A stretch of 35,597 nt of DNA from Helicobacteraceae bacterium (GCA_027084065.1 JALWLR010000269.1:1-35597); one strand, 5' to 3'. Shown: positions 7,324 to 16,618, counted from the first letter of the stretch. Numbers and translations: made by a program. Notes: generated from the sequence alone by a model not told the origin.

Positions 7324-8705
7324 TTTGTCTCCTTCAAAAAGTTTTCAAAATATTCCAGCTGTTCTTTGGTTGTTTTTATAGATGTTCCACCTTCACTGCA
7401 ACGTGCATTCATAGAGTTTTCAATCGAGAGATACGGCATAACATCTTCCTCTATTCGAGGATCTATCTCTTTGAGGTATTTGAACTCTATATCACTCAGA
7501 TCTATCCCCAATTCTTCTGCTTTTGCAACAGCTTCTCCTGTAATGAAGTGCGCTTCGCGAAACGGTATATTACACTTCTCAACCAAATAATCAGCCAGAT
7601 CAGTCGCGCTTAAATGTCCTTTTTTACAGGCTTTTAGCATATTTTCTTTATTGATTTTCATAGTCGCTATTGTCTCTTTAAGAATCTCTAGCGAAATATA
7701 CGCTGTTTCAACAGCATCGAATACACCTTCTTTATCTTCTTGGGTATCTTTGTTATATGCAAGAGGGAGTCCTTTCATAACGGTAAAGAGCCCCACAAGT
7801 GCGCCAAAGACTCGTCCGGTTTTTCCGCGAAGCAGTTCCGGTACGTCAGGATTTTTCTTTTGAGGCATAATAGAACTTCCCGTACTGTATTCATCGCTTA
7901 GTTCTATAAACTTAAACTCATAACTCGACCACAATATAAGCTCTTCAGAAAGGCGTGAAATATGCATCATCAATGTTGAAATGTTAAAAAGGATCTCTAA
8001 CGCGAAATCTCTATCACTTACCGTATCGAGACAATTGACACTTACACCCTCAAATCCAAGCAGTTTTGCAGAATAAGCTCTATCTATGTTGTGTGGTGTT
8101 CCGGCAAGTGCAGCACACCCAAGTGGAGAGATATTATTTCGTTTATATGAGCTCTCAAAACGATCTATATCGCGCTTGAACATTGCCAAGTATGCTCCAA
8201 GATGATATGCGAAGTTAATAGGTTGTGCATGCTGTAAGTGAGTCATACCGGGAAGTAAAGTATCGGTATGCTCCTTTGCTACATGCAAAATAGATTCCAT
8301 CAGCGCTTTGATACTATCAATGATGTTTTTATTTGCTTTGAGGACATAGCGTCTAAAATCGGTAGCAACCTGATCATTTCTGCTTCTTGCCGTATGGAGT
8401 TTTTTTCCGGCAGCACCAATAAGCTGTGTGAGACGCTTTTCAATAGCCATATGAAGATCTTCATCACTTATTTTCCACTCAAAAGTTCCCTCTTCTATCT
8501 CTTTTTCAACCTCTGCAAGCCCTTTTTTAATAGAATCGAGTTCCTCTTGTGACAATATTCCCTGCTTTGCAAGCATTGTTGCATGTGCGATAGAGCCTTC
8601 AATATCTTCTTTGTAAAGTTTTCTGTCAAACATTATGGATGCATTAAATTCATCAAGTAATTTAGCTGCACCTTTTTGAAATCTTCCTGACCACATTTTT
8701 TCCAT
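7320..8705 (-). CDS. argH: Argininosuccinate lyase
   Basis: MWSGRF N-terminus and the fumarate-lyase signature [16 protein letters not shown]. Start set to the ATG at 8705 (MEKMWSGRF), preceded by GGAGA, rather than the GTG at 8717. Confidence 0.96.
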   Translation of the reverse strand: MEKMWSGRFQKGAAKLLDEFNASIMFDRKLYKEDIEGSIAHATMLAKQGILSQEELDSIKKGLAEVEKEIEEGTFEWKISDEDLHMAIEKRLTQLIGAAGKKLHTARSRNDQVATDFRRYVLKANKNIIDSIKALMESILHVAKEHTDTLLPGMTHLQHAQPINFAYHLGAYLAMFKRDIDRFESSYKRNNISPLGCAALAGTPHNIDRAYSAKLLGFEGVSVNCLDTVSDRDFALEILFNISTLMMHISRLSEELILWSSYEFKFIELSDEYSTGSSIMPQKKNPDVPELLRGKTGRVFGALVGLFTVMKGLPLAYNKDTQEDKEGVFDAVETAYISLEILKETIATMKINKENMLKACKKGHLSATDLADYLVEKCNIPFREAHFITGEAVAKAEELGIDLSDIEFKYLKEIDPRIEEDVMPYLSIENSMNARCSEGGTSIKTTKEQLEYFENFLKETK

Positions 8706-8721
8706 ACTTGTCTCCACAATC

Positions 8722-8747
8722 TTTTAGCGAAATTTTAGCGAAATTTT
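8722..8747. repeat. Tandem direct repeat (TTTTAGCGAAA x2 plus partial TTTT) between the MORN-protein stop and the argH start
   Basis: Units at 8722-8732 and 8733-8743 are identical. The 11-bp period is about one helical turn. Confidence 0.9.
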
Positions 8748-9422
8748 CTAATGCTGCGGTCTGTTTGGCGAAAAATTGACCTCTTTAAAGGCATCTATCG
8801 TTTCATGCGATCTTTTTTGGCGTAATTTTTTCATTACATTTACAGGAATATCGTGAACAAATTTCTCTTCTTTGATAATTTTTCCTTTTTTATCATACCA
8901 CCGCTGTTTTCCTTCTTTATAGTTATTCTGATAAAGCACATCACTATAGAGGTGGCCTTCGTATGTATACTCTTTTTGTACTCCCTCTTTTTTTCCTTTT
9001 TTATACGGTACGCTCAAAGCCAATTTTCCATTATCGTAAAATTCTTTGTAAATTCCCTCTCGTTTATCATTTTTATAAAACTGTTTTGCTTTTACTTTTC
9101 CGTTTGGAAAAAATGTTATCTCCCATCCTTCCAGCTCTCCATTCTTATAGTGAAGAACCTTGAGCTTGTTCCCCTCTTTATCCCACCATCTCATTTCGCC
9201 GTCACGCTTATTATTGACATAATTTACTCTATAAGCAACACTTCCTTCCATATAATAAACCTTTTGCTCTCCATGCCTGATGCCTTTGCTCGTTTTTGTT
9301 CTTGTTCCATCTATATAATGTGTCTCCGATTTTAAAGCGCCGTTGGAAAAATACTCTTTGACAAGCTCTCCAAACAACGATGAAGATGTAAAAAGCAAAA
9401 TTAAAAGAAGTGTTTGTCTCAT
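8748..9422 (-). CDS. Secreted MORN-repeat-variant (YwqK-like) protein
   Basis: Repeated G..K.E..Y.NGK / Y..G...G motifs. Start moved to M22 (MRQTLLLILLFTSSSLFG is a signal peptide). The longer ORF would run through the upstream terminator hairpin. Confidence 0.7.
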   Translation of the reverse strand: MRQTLLLILLFTSSSLFGELVKEYFSNGALKSETHYIDGTRTKTSKGIRHGEQKVYYMEGSVAYRVNYVNNKRDGEMRWWDKEGNKLKVLHYKNGELEGWEITFFPNGKVKAKQFYKNDKREGIYKEFYDNGKLALSVPYKKGKKEGVQKEYTYEGHLYSDVLYQNNYKEGKQRWYDKKGKIIKEEKFVHDIPVNVMKKLRQKRSHETIDAFKEVNFSPNRPQH

Positions 9423-9458
9423 TGTGTACAACCTTTGTTTTTTTCTTTTAGCAATCTT

Positions 9459-9504
9459 TAAAAAAAACTCCGAAAAGAAAAACACACTCCTGCATGCAGG
9501 AGTG
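9459..9504 (-). terminator. Rho-independent terminator downstream of the cytochrome gene
   Basis: 20-nt perfect palindrome CACTCCTGCATGCAGGAGTG (9485-9504), giving an 8-bp stem and CATG loop. On the minus strand it is followed by TGTTTTTCTTTTCGGAGTTTTTTTT. It starts 8 nt after the stop at 9512. Confidence 0.75.
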
Positions 9505-9511
9505 ATTTATG

Positions 9512-11893
9512 TTACTTCCAGCCTTTTTTTACAACTGTAGAAGCTTTTTTGTATGGGAACTTTTCTACAAGCTCTTTGACACTGAGTTTTTGATCACCCT
9601 CTCTCATGAAGTGTGCAAGCGTAACCGCTGCCCAGTAGTCATTTGCATATTTTGTTCCATTTAATTGAATAGGAACACCGTTTTTGTTTACTGTATGACA
9701 TGCCGCACAGGTTACAGGACCACTATATTTTCCATCTGGTGAATACTGCAATGCTTGTTCATGTGTCGTTACATCAACACTTCTCTCTTTTCCATCATAA
9801 CGTGTAGAGTACAAACCATGTGTCGATTCATGACAAGACTGACATGCAATATTGCCATGAGCTTTTGAATATCTATAAAGTGAATATTTATTCGGCAAAT
9901 CGATAGGGAAATACTTTCCACCGGTTTCTTGTTCTACAAACGGTGCTATATGACAATCGGCACAATGAGGTTCACTTGCCGAAAGCCACCAGTCATTACC
10001 GCCAGAAGCTGCTGAATACGGAACTTTTCCACCTTTTGGATGATTCCAAGGTTTCAAATCTAACTTTCCGTCTTTACCGACATTTTTCACAAGAGTGGCA
10101 GAAGTATGCTCACTATAATATTTTAACACTTCATTATCACCTGTTACTTTTGGATCTGCCAAAGAAGCAAATTTCTTTTCATCTCCACCTGCAACAGCTT
10201 GAATAATCTCTTTAATAGATTTATTTCTCAGTGTTCTACCCTCTTGTGTACTATCATGCTTTATATCATCATAATTCTGGAATGCCTGAGCGACTTTTGT
10301 ATGACAGTTTGTACAATAAAGACCTCGAAGCTTTTTGACTGTTTTTCCATGTTCATCTTTCATAGAGACATTTTTAAGCTGCCATTTTCCATACTCGTTA
10401 AGGAAGAAAGGCGGTTTTGCATCCGGGTTGGAGTGGGCATCACGTCTTACATAACAACCTCCTCCGGATTTTCTTATATCTCCCGTTGAAAATCTTCCTT
10501 CTCCATAGCGTGTTGTAACTCTGTATGGATTGGAGTCATCGTTCATATTAGGATTTTGGAAGTGTGTCGGGTGACATGACTGACACGCTTGACTTCTACC
10601 CGCGCCGTCAGGCATAGGAACAATTCCAAGGTGAAAAGAGTGGATAGCTTCTGAAAGAGGCTGTGCTTTTACCGTTTTATAACCAGTAGCTGTTGGACGT
10701 GGCTCCTGAAGGTTTCCGCTGACATTGTCTCCATGGCAATCAGCACAGTTGACCATCCCCACTTTTCCTAAACGGTTCCCTGAAGCTTTAGGATTGTAAT
10801 CGCTTAAAAACGTTGTTCCGTGATGTGAATCATGTAAAGAGAGAATATTGATACTTGCTTCTGCAAGTCTTGCCATATATTCACTCTCATCCGGATAACT
10901 TTTCCAGTAGTTGTATTCCTGATCACTAAATTTCAACCCCTCATCACGTGCCATTTGTGCAGCTTTTCCGTTTCTTGAGTGGCATGCGTAACAGTTTGGA
11001 ATATCGACCGGGTTTGTTCCAAAGTAGGAAAATGCATGTCCATCCTTAGCACGCAGCGCTTTTCCAGTTCTGTCATGAATCTCTACAGTCGAGTACTGAA
11101 ACGGCTGAAAATCTTTTTGCGTAACACTTCGAATAGTTCCCCTTCTCGTACTATCGTTAAATGCCGTTAGCGGTAATCCAAGAGCATCCCACACGTGAGA
11201 AGCCGTCAGTTTCAGCTTGACGTTTTTAACGGCAGGAACGAGTGTATCGGTCATTACGATATTACCGCCCTCTTTTCCAGCATACTCCAAATAACCACCC
11301 GAAAGTGGCTTCCCACTTGGACCTGCATCAATATTTACCGGGACTTGTAATCCTATGCGGAGTCTGTCTTTGTCTGTTGCACCAGAAGGAATTGTTCCTT
11401 CGAGATCTTTATATATAAAAAGGTGTGTCCAAACGTAGTTAGCGACATTGTCTCCAGCAGAGTCTAGGTGCCCGTCCATGTCAGCATCTTTACGTACCGA
11501 CCAGTATTTCATTTTGTTTCCTTCACTGTATGTATTGTCTTTAACATAGTAGTAAAGTTTTACATCATCATCAGGAGAGAGCAGTTTTGGTAGCTTGCCA
11601 TCTCCACCAGAACGTATAGCCTGTGCCTGAATGGAGTTGTAAGGAGGAATCACACAACAATAGTCCATAGAGAACCCGACACAGTGCATGCCAAGTTCAT
11701 AGTTAACAAATACATTGTACTTGTTTACAGGCTCATATCCTGTAACCTTGTTTCCGTTTTCATCTTCTCCGATAAACTTTTTGAGTTTATCTAAACCAAA
11801 CGGAGGATGCGTGTCATACGCTGAAGCAGAAGAAACGCTCAAAGAGAGCATCGCAATAGCTGCAGCCGTTGAAGCGATTATTTTTCGTTTCAT
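9512..11893 (-). CDS. Secreted multiheme c-type cytochrome: seven CXXCH motifs and a ~275-aa heme-free N-terminal domain
   Basis: AAGGAA SD precedes the start; signal peptide ends ...SASA/YD. CXXCH motifs begin at residues 301 (CYACH), 383 (CADCH), 437 (CQSCH), 527 (CTNCH), 644 (CADCH), 684 (CQSCH) and 729 (CAACH). Extra Cys at 71, 79, 80 and 480. Subfamily not recognised. Confidence 0.9.
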   Translation of the reverse strand: MKRKIIASTAAAIAMLSLSVSSASAYDTHPPFGLDKLKKFIGEDENGNKVTGYEPVNKYNVFVNYELGMHCVGFSMDYCCVIPPYNSIQAQAIRSGGDGKLPKLLSPDDDVKLYYYVKDNTYSEGNKMKYWSVRKDADMDGHLDSAGDNVANYVWTHLFIYKDLEGTIPSGATDKDRLRIGLQVPVNIDAGPSGKPLSGGYLEYAGKEGGNIVMTDTLVPAVKNVKLKLTASHVWDALGLPLTAFNDSTRRGTIRSVTQKDFQPFQYSTVEIHDRTGKALRAKDGHAFSYFGTNPVDIPNCYACHSRNGKAAQMARDEGLKFSDQEYNYWKSYPDESEYMARLAEASINILSLHDSHHGTTFLSDYNPKASGNRLGKVGMVNCADCHGDNVSGNLQEPRPTATGYKTVKAQPLSEAIHSFHLGIVPMPDGAGRSQACQSCHPTHFQNPNMNDDSNPYRVTTRYGEGRFSTGDIRKSGGGCYVRRDAHSNPDAKPPFFLNEYGKWQLKNVSMKDEHGKTVKKLRGLYCTNCHTKVAQAFQNYDDIKHDSTQEGRTLRNKSIKEIIQAVAGGDEKKFASLADPKVTGDNEVLKYYSEHTSATLVKNVGKDGKLDLKPWNHPKGGKVPYSAASGGNDWWLSASEPHCADCHIAPFVEQETGGKYFPIDLPNKYSLYRYSKAHGNIACQSCHESTHGLYSTRYDGKERSVDVTTHEQALQYSPDGKYSGPVTCAACHTVNKNGVPIQLNGTKYANDYWAAVTLAHFMREGDQKLSVKELVEKFPYKKASTVVKKGWK

Positions 11894-12191
11894 TTCGTTT
11901 CCTTTTTTAGTTTTTCACTCTTAGTATTACATTTTCTAATTTAAACGAAATTGAAAAAGTATAAAAAAGATTTATTTTCTGTAAACTATTGTTACATTTA
12001 TTTGTTTTGTGATGTTTTTGTTATTTGCACCTAATTTCTTTACTATTATGGAGTTTATACATTAAAAATAGTAATATCATACAAGATAATATAAAGTATA
12101 AAAATGATTGATTTATCTTTGTTTTTTTATAATCTCAAATAAAAAGAACAGCACATGCAAAAACGTTTACAACTAGATTATGGAAAAAGTG

Positions 12192-12197
12192 TATAAT
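12192..12197 (+). promoter_or_regulatory. -10 hexamer TATAAT only 7 nt upstream of the acpS ATG (possible leaderless transcript)
   Basis: GTGTATAATTTCTTTCATG: TATAAT at 12192-12197, ATG at 12205, and no SD in between. Confidence 0.3.
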
Positions 12198-12204
12198 TTC
12201 TTTC

Positions 12205-12582
12205 ATGATAGGAATAGATATAGTAGCAATAGATCGCATCCAGGCAATGATGAGTCGTTTTGGGGACAAAGCTTTAAAACGATTTTTAACACAAGAAGAG
12301 ATAACTTTAGTAAAAAAGGTTGAAACCGCTGCAGGTTTTTGGGCTATAAAAGAGGCTGCCTCCAAAGCGCTTGGATGTGGCATTGGAAAGGAACTCTCTT
12401 TTTTAGATATGCAAATAGAAAAAAATGAGAGAAACGCTCCATCACTTCGATTGAAAAAATCGATTATAGAAAAATTTAACATCCGCAGTGTCGAACTATC
12501 AGTGACTCATGACAGTAACTTTGCCGTTGCCGTTGTTCGATTTGAAAGCAATCGATCCGCAGATATGATTAAGGAGTTTTAA
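12205..12582 (+). CDS. acpS: Holo-[acyl-carrier-protein] synthase
   Basis: MIGIDIVAIDRI N-terminus, WAIKEAASKALG, and SVTHDSNFAVAVV. Confidence 0.9.
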   Translation: MIGIDIVAIDRIQAMMSRFGDKALKRFLTQEEITLVKKVETAAGFWAIKEAASKALGCGIGKELSFLDMQIEKNERNAPSLRLKKSIIEKFNIRSVELSVTHDSNFAVAVVRFESNRSADMIKEF

Positions 12583-13838
12583 TGCAGCCAGTCTCGGTTT
12601 CTACTTTAACAAATCAAATCAAATCCCTTCTAGAAACAAGTTTCAATCGTATTGTGGTAGAAGGAGAGCTCTCACGAATTACCTACCATAACTCCGGACA
12701 CATATATTTTACACTCAAAGATGAAAATGCGACAATCCGTGCCGTAATGTTTAGAGGCAACGCTGCAAAACTTCGCTTTCGACTAGAAGAAGGGCTAAAA
12801 GTGATTATCGATGCGGCAATAACCCTTTATACACCCCGAGGAGAGTATCAGCTCAACTGTTTTAGCATCGAGCCCTCAGGTCAAGGCGCCCTTGCTTACG
12901 CATTTGAGCAGCTTAAAAACAAACTGTTGCAAAAAGGCTACTTCGAGCAGTCACGAAAAAAACCGCTACCCAAGTTTCCAAAAAAAATCGCTCTTATCAC
13001 GTCAGCCACCGGTGCCGCACTGCAAGATATGCTTCGCATTGCAAACAGCCGGTATCCTTTATGTGAAATAGATATCTACGATGTTCTCGTACAAGGTGAA
13101 AATGCGGCAAACTCCATAGCTTCAGCACTCACATATGCCGACTCACTACAGATTTACGATGCAATCGTCATAGGACGCGGAGGCGGCAGTATAGAAGATT
13201 TGTGGGCATTTAACGAAGAGGTTCTCGCAGATGCCATTTATAAAGCAAAAACACCCGTTGTTTCTGCAGTCGGGCATGAAATAGATACTGTTATCAGCGA
13301 CTTTGTAGCAGATGTACGCGCCGCTACTCCAAGTAATGCAATAGAGCTACTTTTACCGGATAAAACGGAGTTAATGCTTTATTTGGACTCATTAATGGAA
13401 CAGCTCCAAAGACGAACCATGCACATAGTAACACTCAAGCAGCAAGAACTTCAACACATGCAAGAGGCATTTAAACAGCACTCATTTGAAAAGAAAATAG
13501 CGCAGCAAGAGGAAGGTATCATACAACTACGCCAGCGGTTCGAACAATCCGTTGCATTTGTATTTTCTCGTTTTACAGAATCTTTACACTACATGCAAAA
13601 AGAGCTGCCGCGAAACATTCATAATGTTTTAGAGCGAAAAAATGCTCAACTCTCCTCACTCAATGAAGCATTTAGTGCCTCCAATCCAAAACTCAAATCC
13701 AAAAAAGGCTTTGCACAAATTGTTCGAGATGGAAAAATTATCGATTTGGCATCTCTTGAACCAAATCAAGAGTTTGAAGCACAAACTTCCGATATAATAG
13801 TCACTGCAAAAGTTTTAGATAAAAGGAATATTTTATGA
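12582..13838 (+). CDS. xseA: Exodeoxyribonuclease VII large subunit
   Basis: VEGELSRITYHNSGHIYFTLKDENATIRAVMF (OB fold) and ITSATGAALQDMLRI. TAATG overlap with acpS. Confidence 0.95.
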   Translation: MQPVSVSTLTNQIKSLLETSFNRIVVEGELSRITYHNSGHIYFTLKDENATIRAVMFRGNAAKLRFRLEEGLKVIIDAAITLYTPRGEYQLNCFSIEPSGQGALAYAFEQLKNKLLQKGYFEQSRKKPLPKFPKKIALITSATGAALQDMLRIANSRYPLCEIDIYDVLVQGENAANSIASALTYADSLQIYDAIVIGRGGGSIEDLWAFNEEVLADAIYKAKTPVVSAVGHEIDTVISDFVADVRAATPSNAIELLLPDKTELMLYLDSLMEQLQRRTMHIVTLKQQELQHMQEAFKQHSFEKKIAQQEEGIIQLRQRFEQSVAFVFSRFTESLHYMQKELPRNIHNVLERKNAQLSSLNEAFSASNPKLKSKKGFAQIVRDGKIIDLASLEPNQEFEAQTSDIIVTAKVLDKRNIL

Positions 13839-14443
13839 ACTATCCATCGTTTTTCAACAGTATTGAACCCATCTCTTTAGAAGATCCGCTTGCCGATATA
13901 CTCGGTGCCTTTGAAGAGGGACGTTATAGCATAAGCTATGTGGAAGTGGTTAAAGGTGCGGGGCACAGCTGTCCTACAGTTGCCGGTGCTTATTTGATGA
14001 CTCAATATGCACTTAAAGCTCTCTACCCCAATGAACCGGCTATTCGTGGAGATATTGAAGTCTTTTTCAAAGAGCAGCTGCAAGAGGGAGTAGCAGGAGT
14101 TATTGGCAATGTCGTCTCCTACATTACCGGTGCAACGGATCAAAGTGGTTTTAAAGGTCTTGGAGGCAAATTCGCACGCCACTCTTTAATGCACTTCGAA
14201 AGTGAGATCGGCTCTGCTAGTGCACGTTTTAGCTCTTGCTCAAATAACAAAAGCGTAGATGTTTTTTACGATCCATCATCTATCAAACCTCATCCCGACA
14301 TGCAGCCTTTAATGCAGCTTATTATGCAAAATAAAGCTACTCCGGAACAAAAACGACAATTTGGCCTACTTTGGCAGGAGCGTGTTAAGAACATCTTCGC
14401 CCATGCCGATGAAGTCATTCGTCTTCAGCCGGTAAACAGCTAA
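13835..14443 (+). CDS. Conserved hypothetical protein, possibly FmdE-like fold
   Basis: ATGA overlap with xseA. GAGHSCPTVAGAYLM resembles the FmdE-family H-x-C-P-G motif. No other recognisable motifs. Confidence 0.5.
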   Translation: MNYPSFFNSIEPISLEDPLADILGAFEEGRYSISYVEVVKGAGHSCPTVAGAYLMTQYALKALYPNEPAIRGDIEVFFKEQLQEGVAGVIGNVVSYITGATDQSGFKGLGGKFARHSLMHFESEIGSASARFSSCSNNKSVDVFYDPSSIKPHPDMQPLMQLIMQNKATPEQKRQFGLLWQERVKNIFAHADEVIRLQPVNS

Positions 14444-15333
14444 CGCAGCGAAAATGTCGGAAAATATGTATAGAGTTGCACGGCGGCGGTAGCGGAAATT
14501 TTCTTGAAAAATTTCTCAAGAGGCTCTTCTTGACTCCATACTGGATTTGTAACGCCGCTTAACTGCTCTAGCCGCTTTTTCGCATCAAAAAGGACGCCTA
14601 CTCTGTCGATAAGTCCGACACGTTTTGCCTGACGAGCGGTAAAGATGTGGGCATCCGCCCATTTGGACTTCTCTTTTAATGAGAGTTTTCTAGCGGCAGC
14701 AACATCGGCGGTAAACATATCGTACGTATCGTATATAACCTTTTTTAGTTCCGCTTTTTCATAAGGTTTCCACGCTCTATCGGGAGTCCCTACTTTTTTA
14801 TACTTTCCAGCTTGTATAGTTTGTGTTTTCACCCCTATTTTATGCATCAAACCGCTTATATCCGCTCCTTCTATAATCACACCAATACTTCCAACAAGAC
14901 TTCCCGGATTGGCAATGATCTCATCTGCCCAAATGGAGGCATAGTAACTCCCACTTGCCAAAATACCGCCGGCATAAACAACTACAGGTTTTTGTTTTTG
15001 CAACTCTTTAATCGCATAAGCGATCTCTATAGAAGGAGCGACCGCACCACCGGGAGAGTTTACCTCCAACAGCACCCCTTTTACTTTGGAGTTCTCTTTA
15101 GCTTTTTGAATCTTTTCCAAAACATCACTCACATCCAAAATAGGTCCGCTTAGTTTGATCTTTTCCAAATTGTATGGACGTGCAACCTCTTTGGATGCTG
15201 GAGCAAACACCAAAAAAAGGATCAGCAAAAAAAGTAGCCCTTTAAAATGGTCACTGATGTAGCGAAGTATTTTCGATATGACAACAAATACTCTTTTAAA
15301 AAAATTCTCTTTTTTTACCTCTTCGTAATTCAT
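14440..15333 (-). CDS. sppA: Signal peptide peptidase SppA (36K type, peptidase S49)
   Basis: N-terminal TM helix, then VNSPGGAVAPS and ILASGSYYAS, typical of S49. Confidence 0.9.
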   Translation of the reverse strand: MNYEEVKKENFFKRVFVVISKILRYISDHFKGLLFLLILFLVFAPASKEVARPYNLEKIKLSGPILDVSDVLEKIQKAKENSKVKGVLLEVNSPGGAVAPSIEIAYAIKELQKQKPVVVYAGGILASGSYYASIWADEIIANPGSLVGSIGVIIEGADISGLMHKIGVKTQTIQAGKYKKVGTPDRAWKPYEKAELKKVIYDTYDMFTADVAAARKLSLKEKSKWADAHIFTARQAKRVGLIDRVGVLFDAKKRLEQLSGVTNPVWSQEEPLEKFFKKISATAAVQLYTYFPTFSLR

Positions 15334-16547
15334 ACGCGTTCTCCTAAAATATAACGTTCTACAATATCGTAACGATGTAAAATAAGATGAAGAGGAAGCT
15401 CCTCTGTAGGAGAGTTCTCAAGCTGAATGACAAGCATGTCCGCATCATATCCCTCTTGCAGTACACCCTTTTTCAAACCAAGTGCTTTTGCAGCGTTTAT
15501 CGTCACGCTATCAAGCAACTTTTTAGCCAAATCATGCAACGGCATCTCACTGTGCATAAAGAGTGCCACTTTCATCTCCTCCCACAAATCCAAGCCGTAA
15601 TTCGAACTCAATCCATCCGTTGCAAGCAGCCACTCCATATCCATTCCATCCACTTTTGCCAAATCGAGTTTGCCGTTTCCAAGCAACCTGTTCGATATAG
15701 GACAATGCGCTATTGCATGTCCGTTTTCTTTTAAAAAAGCATACTCTTCATCACTTGCTTTAACAACATGGGCAAACAGCGTTTTCACACCCCTAAACTT
15801 ATGTAAAAACTCCATCGAAGAGCTAACGGGGCTTTCTTGCTTGAGCAACTCGGCAAAGAAACGTGCGAAATCCCCTTTTGCATGGTCAAGCCATTCCCGT
15901 TCAGCCACACTTTCCATAAAATGCGCCGTTACACACAGTCCCTCTTTTTTCGCCACATCCAACGCTTTTTCTATTAAAATCGGATGAACCGAATAGGGAG
16001 AGTGGATAGCCACAGCTGGATAAAACCCTCTTCTTTGTCGCCTTTTACTCTCTTTGAGACGCTGCATAAAATCTTGAAAAAGCACATCTGCCATGCCAGC
16101 CTGAGAACCTATAAGCTCATTGAAAAATACGACATTTTGTTTTGAAAGCAAGCATGCATCCAGATCCATTCCATGCGAACTGATCGCTCCAAATGTCGTT
16201 ATACCGCTTTTGAGCATCCCGTCTATGGCACGTGTCATACAGGAGAGGTCACACTCAGCTATCAGATCTTCACGGTTTTCTATAACACTGTAAAGCCAGC
16301 TTATAAAGTCTCCATAACTCAGTTGTGTTTTATTTGCACTGAATTCTATGTGTACATGAGCGTTTATCAAACCAGGAAAAAGAAGAGAATTTTTCGGATA
16401 AAAAAGCACTTCGGCATCTTTATTCTCTTTTAAGACCCTGCTTTTAAGCGCTATTTGTTCTATGATACCGTCATGAATAAGTACGGCATGATTTTTCAAA
16501 ACACCCGAAGGCGTATAGATATAATCGGGTATGACTACCTTTTTCAT
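15330..16547 (-). CDS. Amidohydrolase-family metal-dependent deaminase/chlorohydrolase (possibly aminofutalosine deaminase of the futalosine menaquinone route)
   Basis: PGLINAHVHIEFS (HxH metal site) and downstream His/Asp motifs. The position next to aroQ matches Campylobacter synteny as recalled. The specific substrate is inferred only. Confidence 0.8.
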   Translation of the reverse strand: MKKVVIPDYIYTPSGVLKNHAVLIHDGIIEQIALKSRVLKENKDAEVLFYPKNSLLFPGLINAHVHIEFSANKTQLSYGDFISWLYSVIENREDLIAECDLSCMTRAIDGMLKSGITTFGAISSHGMDLDACLLSKQNVVFFNELIGSQAGMADVLFQDFMQRLKESKRRQRRGFYPAVAIHSPYSVHPILIEKALDVAKKEGLCVTAHFMESVAEREWLDHAKGDFARFFAELLKQESPVSSSMEFLHKFRGVKTLFAHVVKASDEEYAFLKENGHAIAHCPISNRLLGNGKLDLAKVDGMDMEWLLATDGLSSNYGLDLWEEMKVALFMHSEMPLHDLAKKLLDSVTINAAKALGLKKGVLQEGYDADMLVIQLENSPTEELPLHLILHRYDIVERYILGERV

Positions 16548-16618
16548 TCTGCTTTAATCCTAAATTATAGATAGATTTGTTAAAATAATATCCTAATATC
16601 AGAAATAGAAGGTAGAAC

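Noticed and set aside
9423-9485. Longer N-terminus (MFFFSEFFLKIAKRKKQRLYT...) for the MORN-repeat protein.
   Set aside because: The extension runs through the T-tract and stem of the cytochrome terminator (9459-9504). The internal Met at 9422 begins a clean signal peptide.
9512-11893. Possibility that the multiheme cytochrome is the octaheme sulfite reductase MccA, or another octaheme enzyme (OTR, HAO).
   Set aside because: Only seven CXXCH motifs are present, with no CX15CH-type eighth site, since every CH dipeptide belongs to a CXXCH. There are no mccBCD-like partner genes or dedicated heme lyase nearby. This cannot be excluded rigorously without alignment.
12090-12125. Fur-like hexamers (GATAAT, ATGATT, GATTTATC) in the cytochrome/acpS intergenic region.
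   Set aside because: The region is extremely AT-rich, so such hexamers are expected by chance. The best 19-mer alignment to the Fur consensus needs a register shift.
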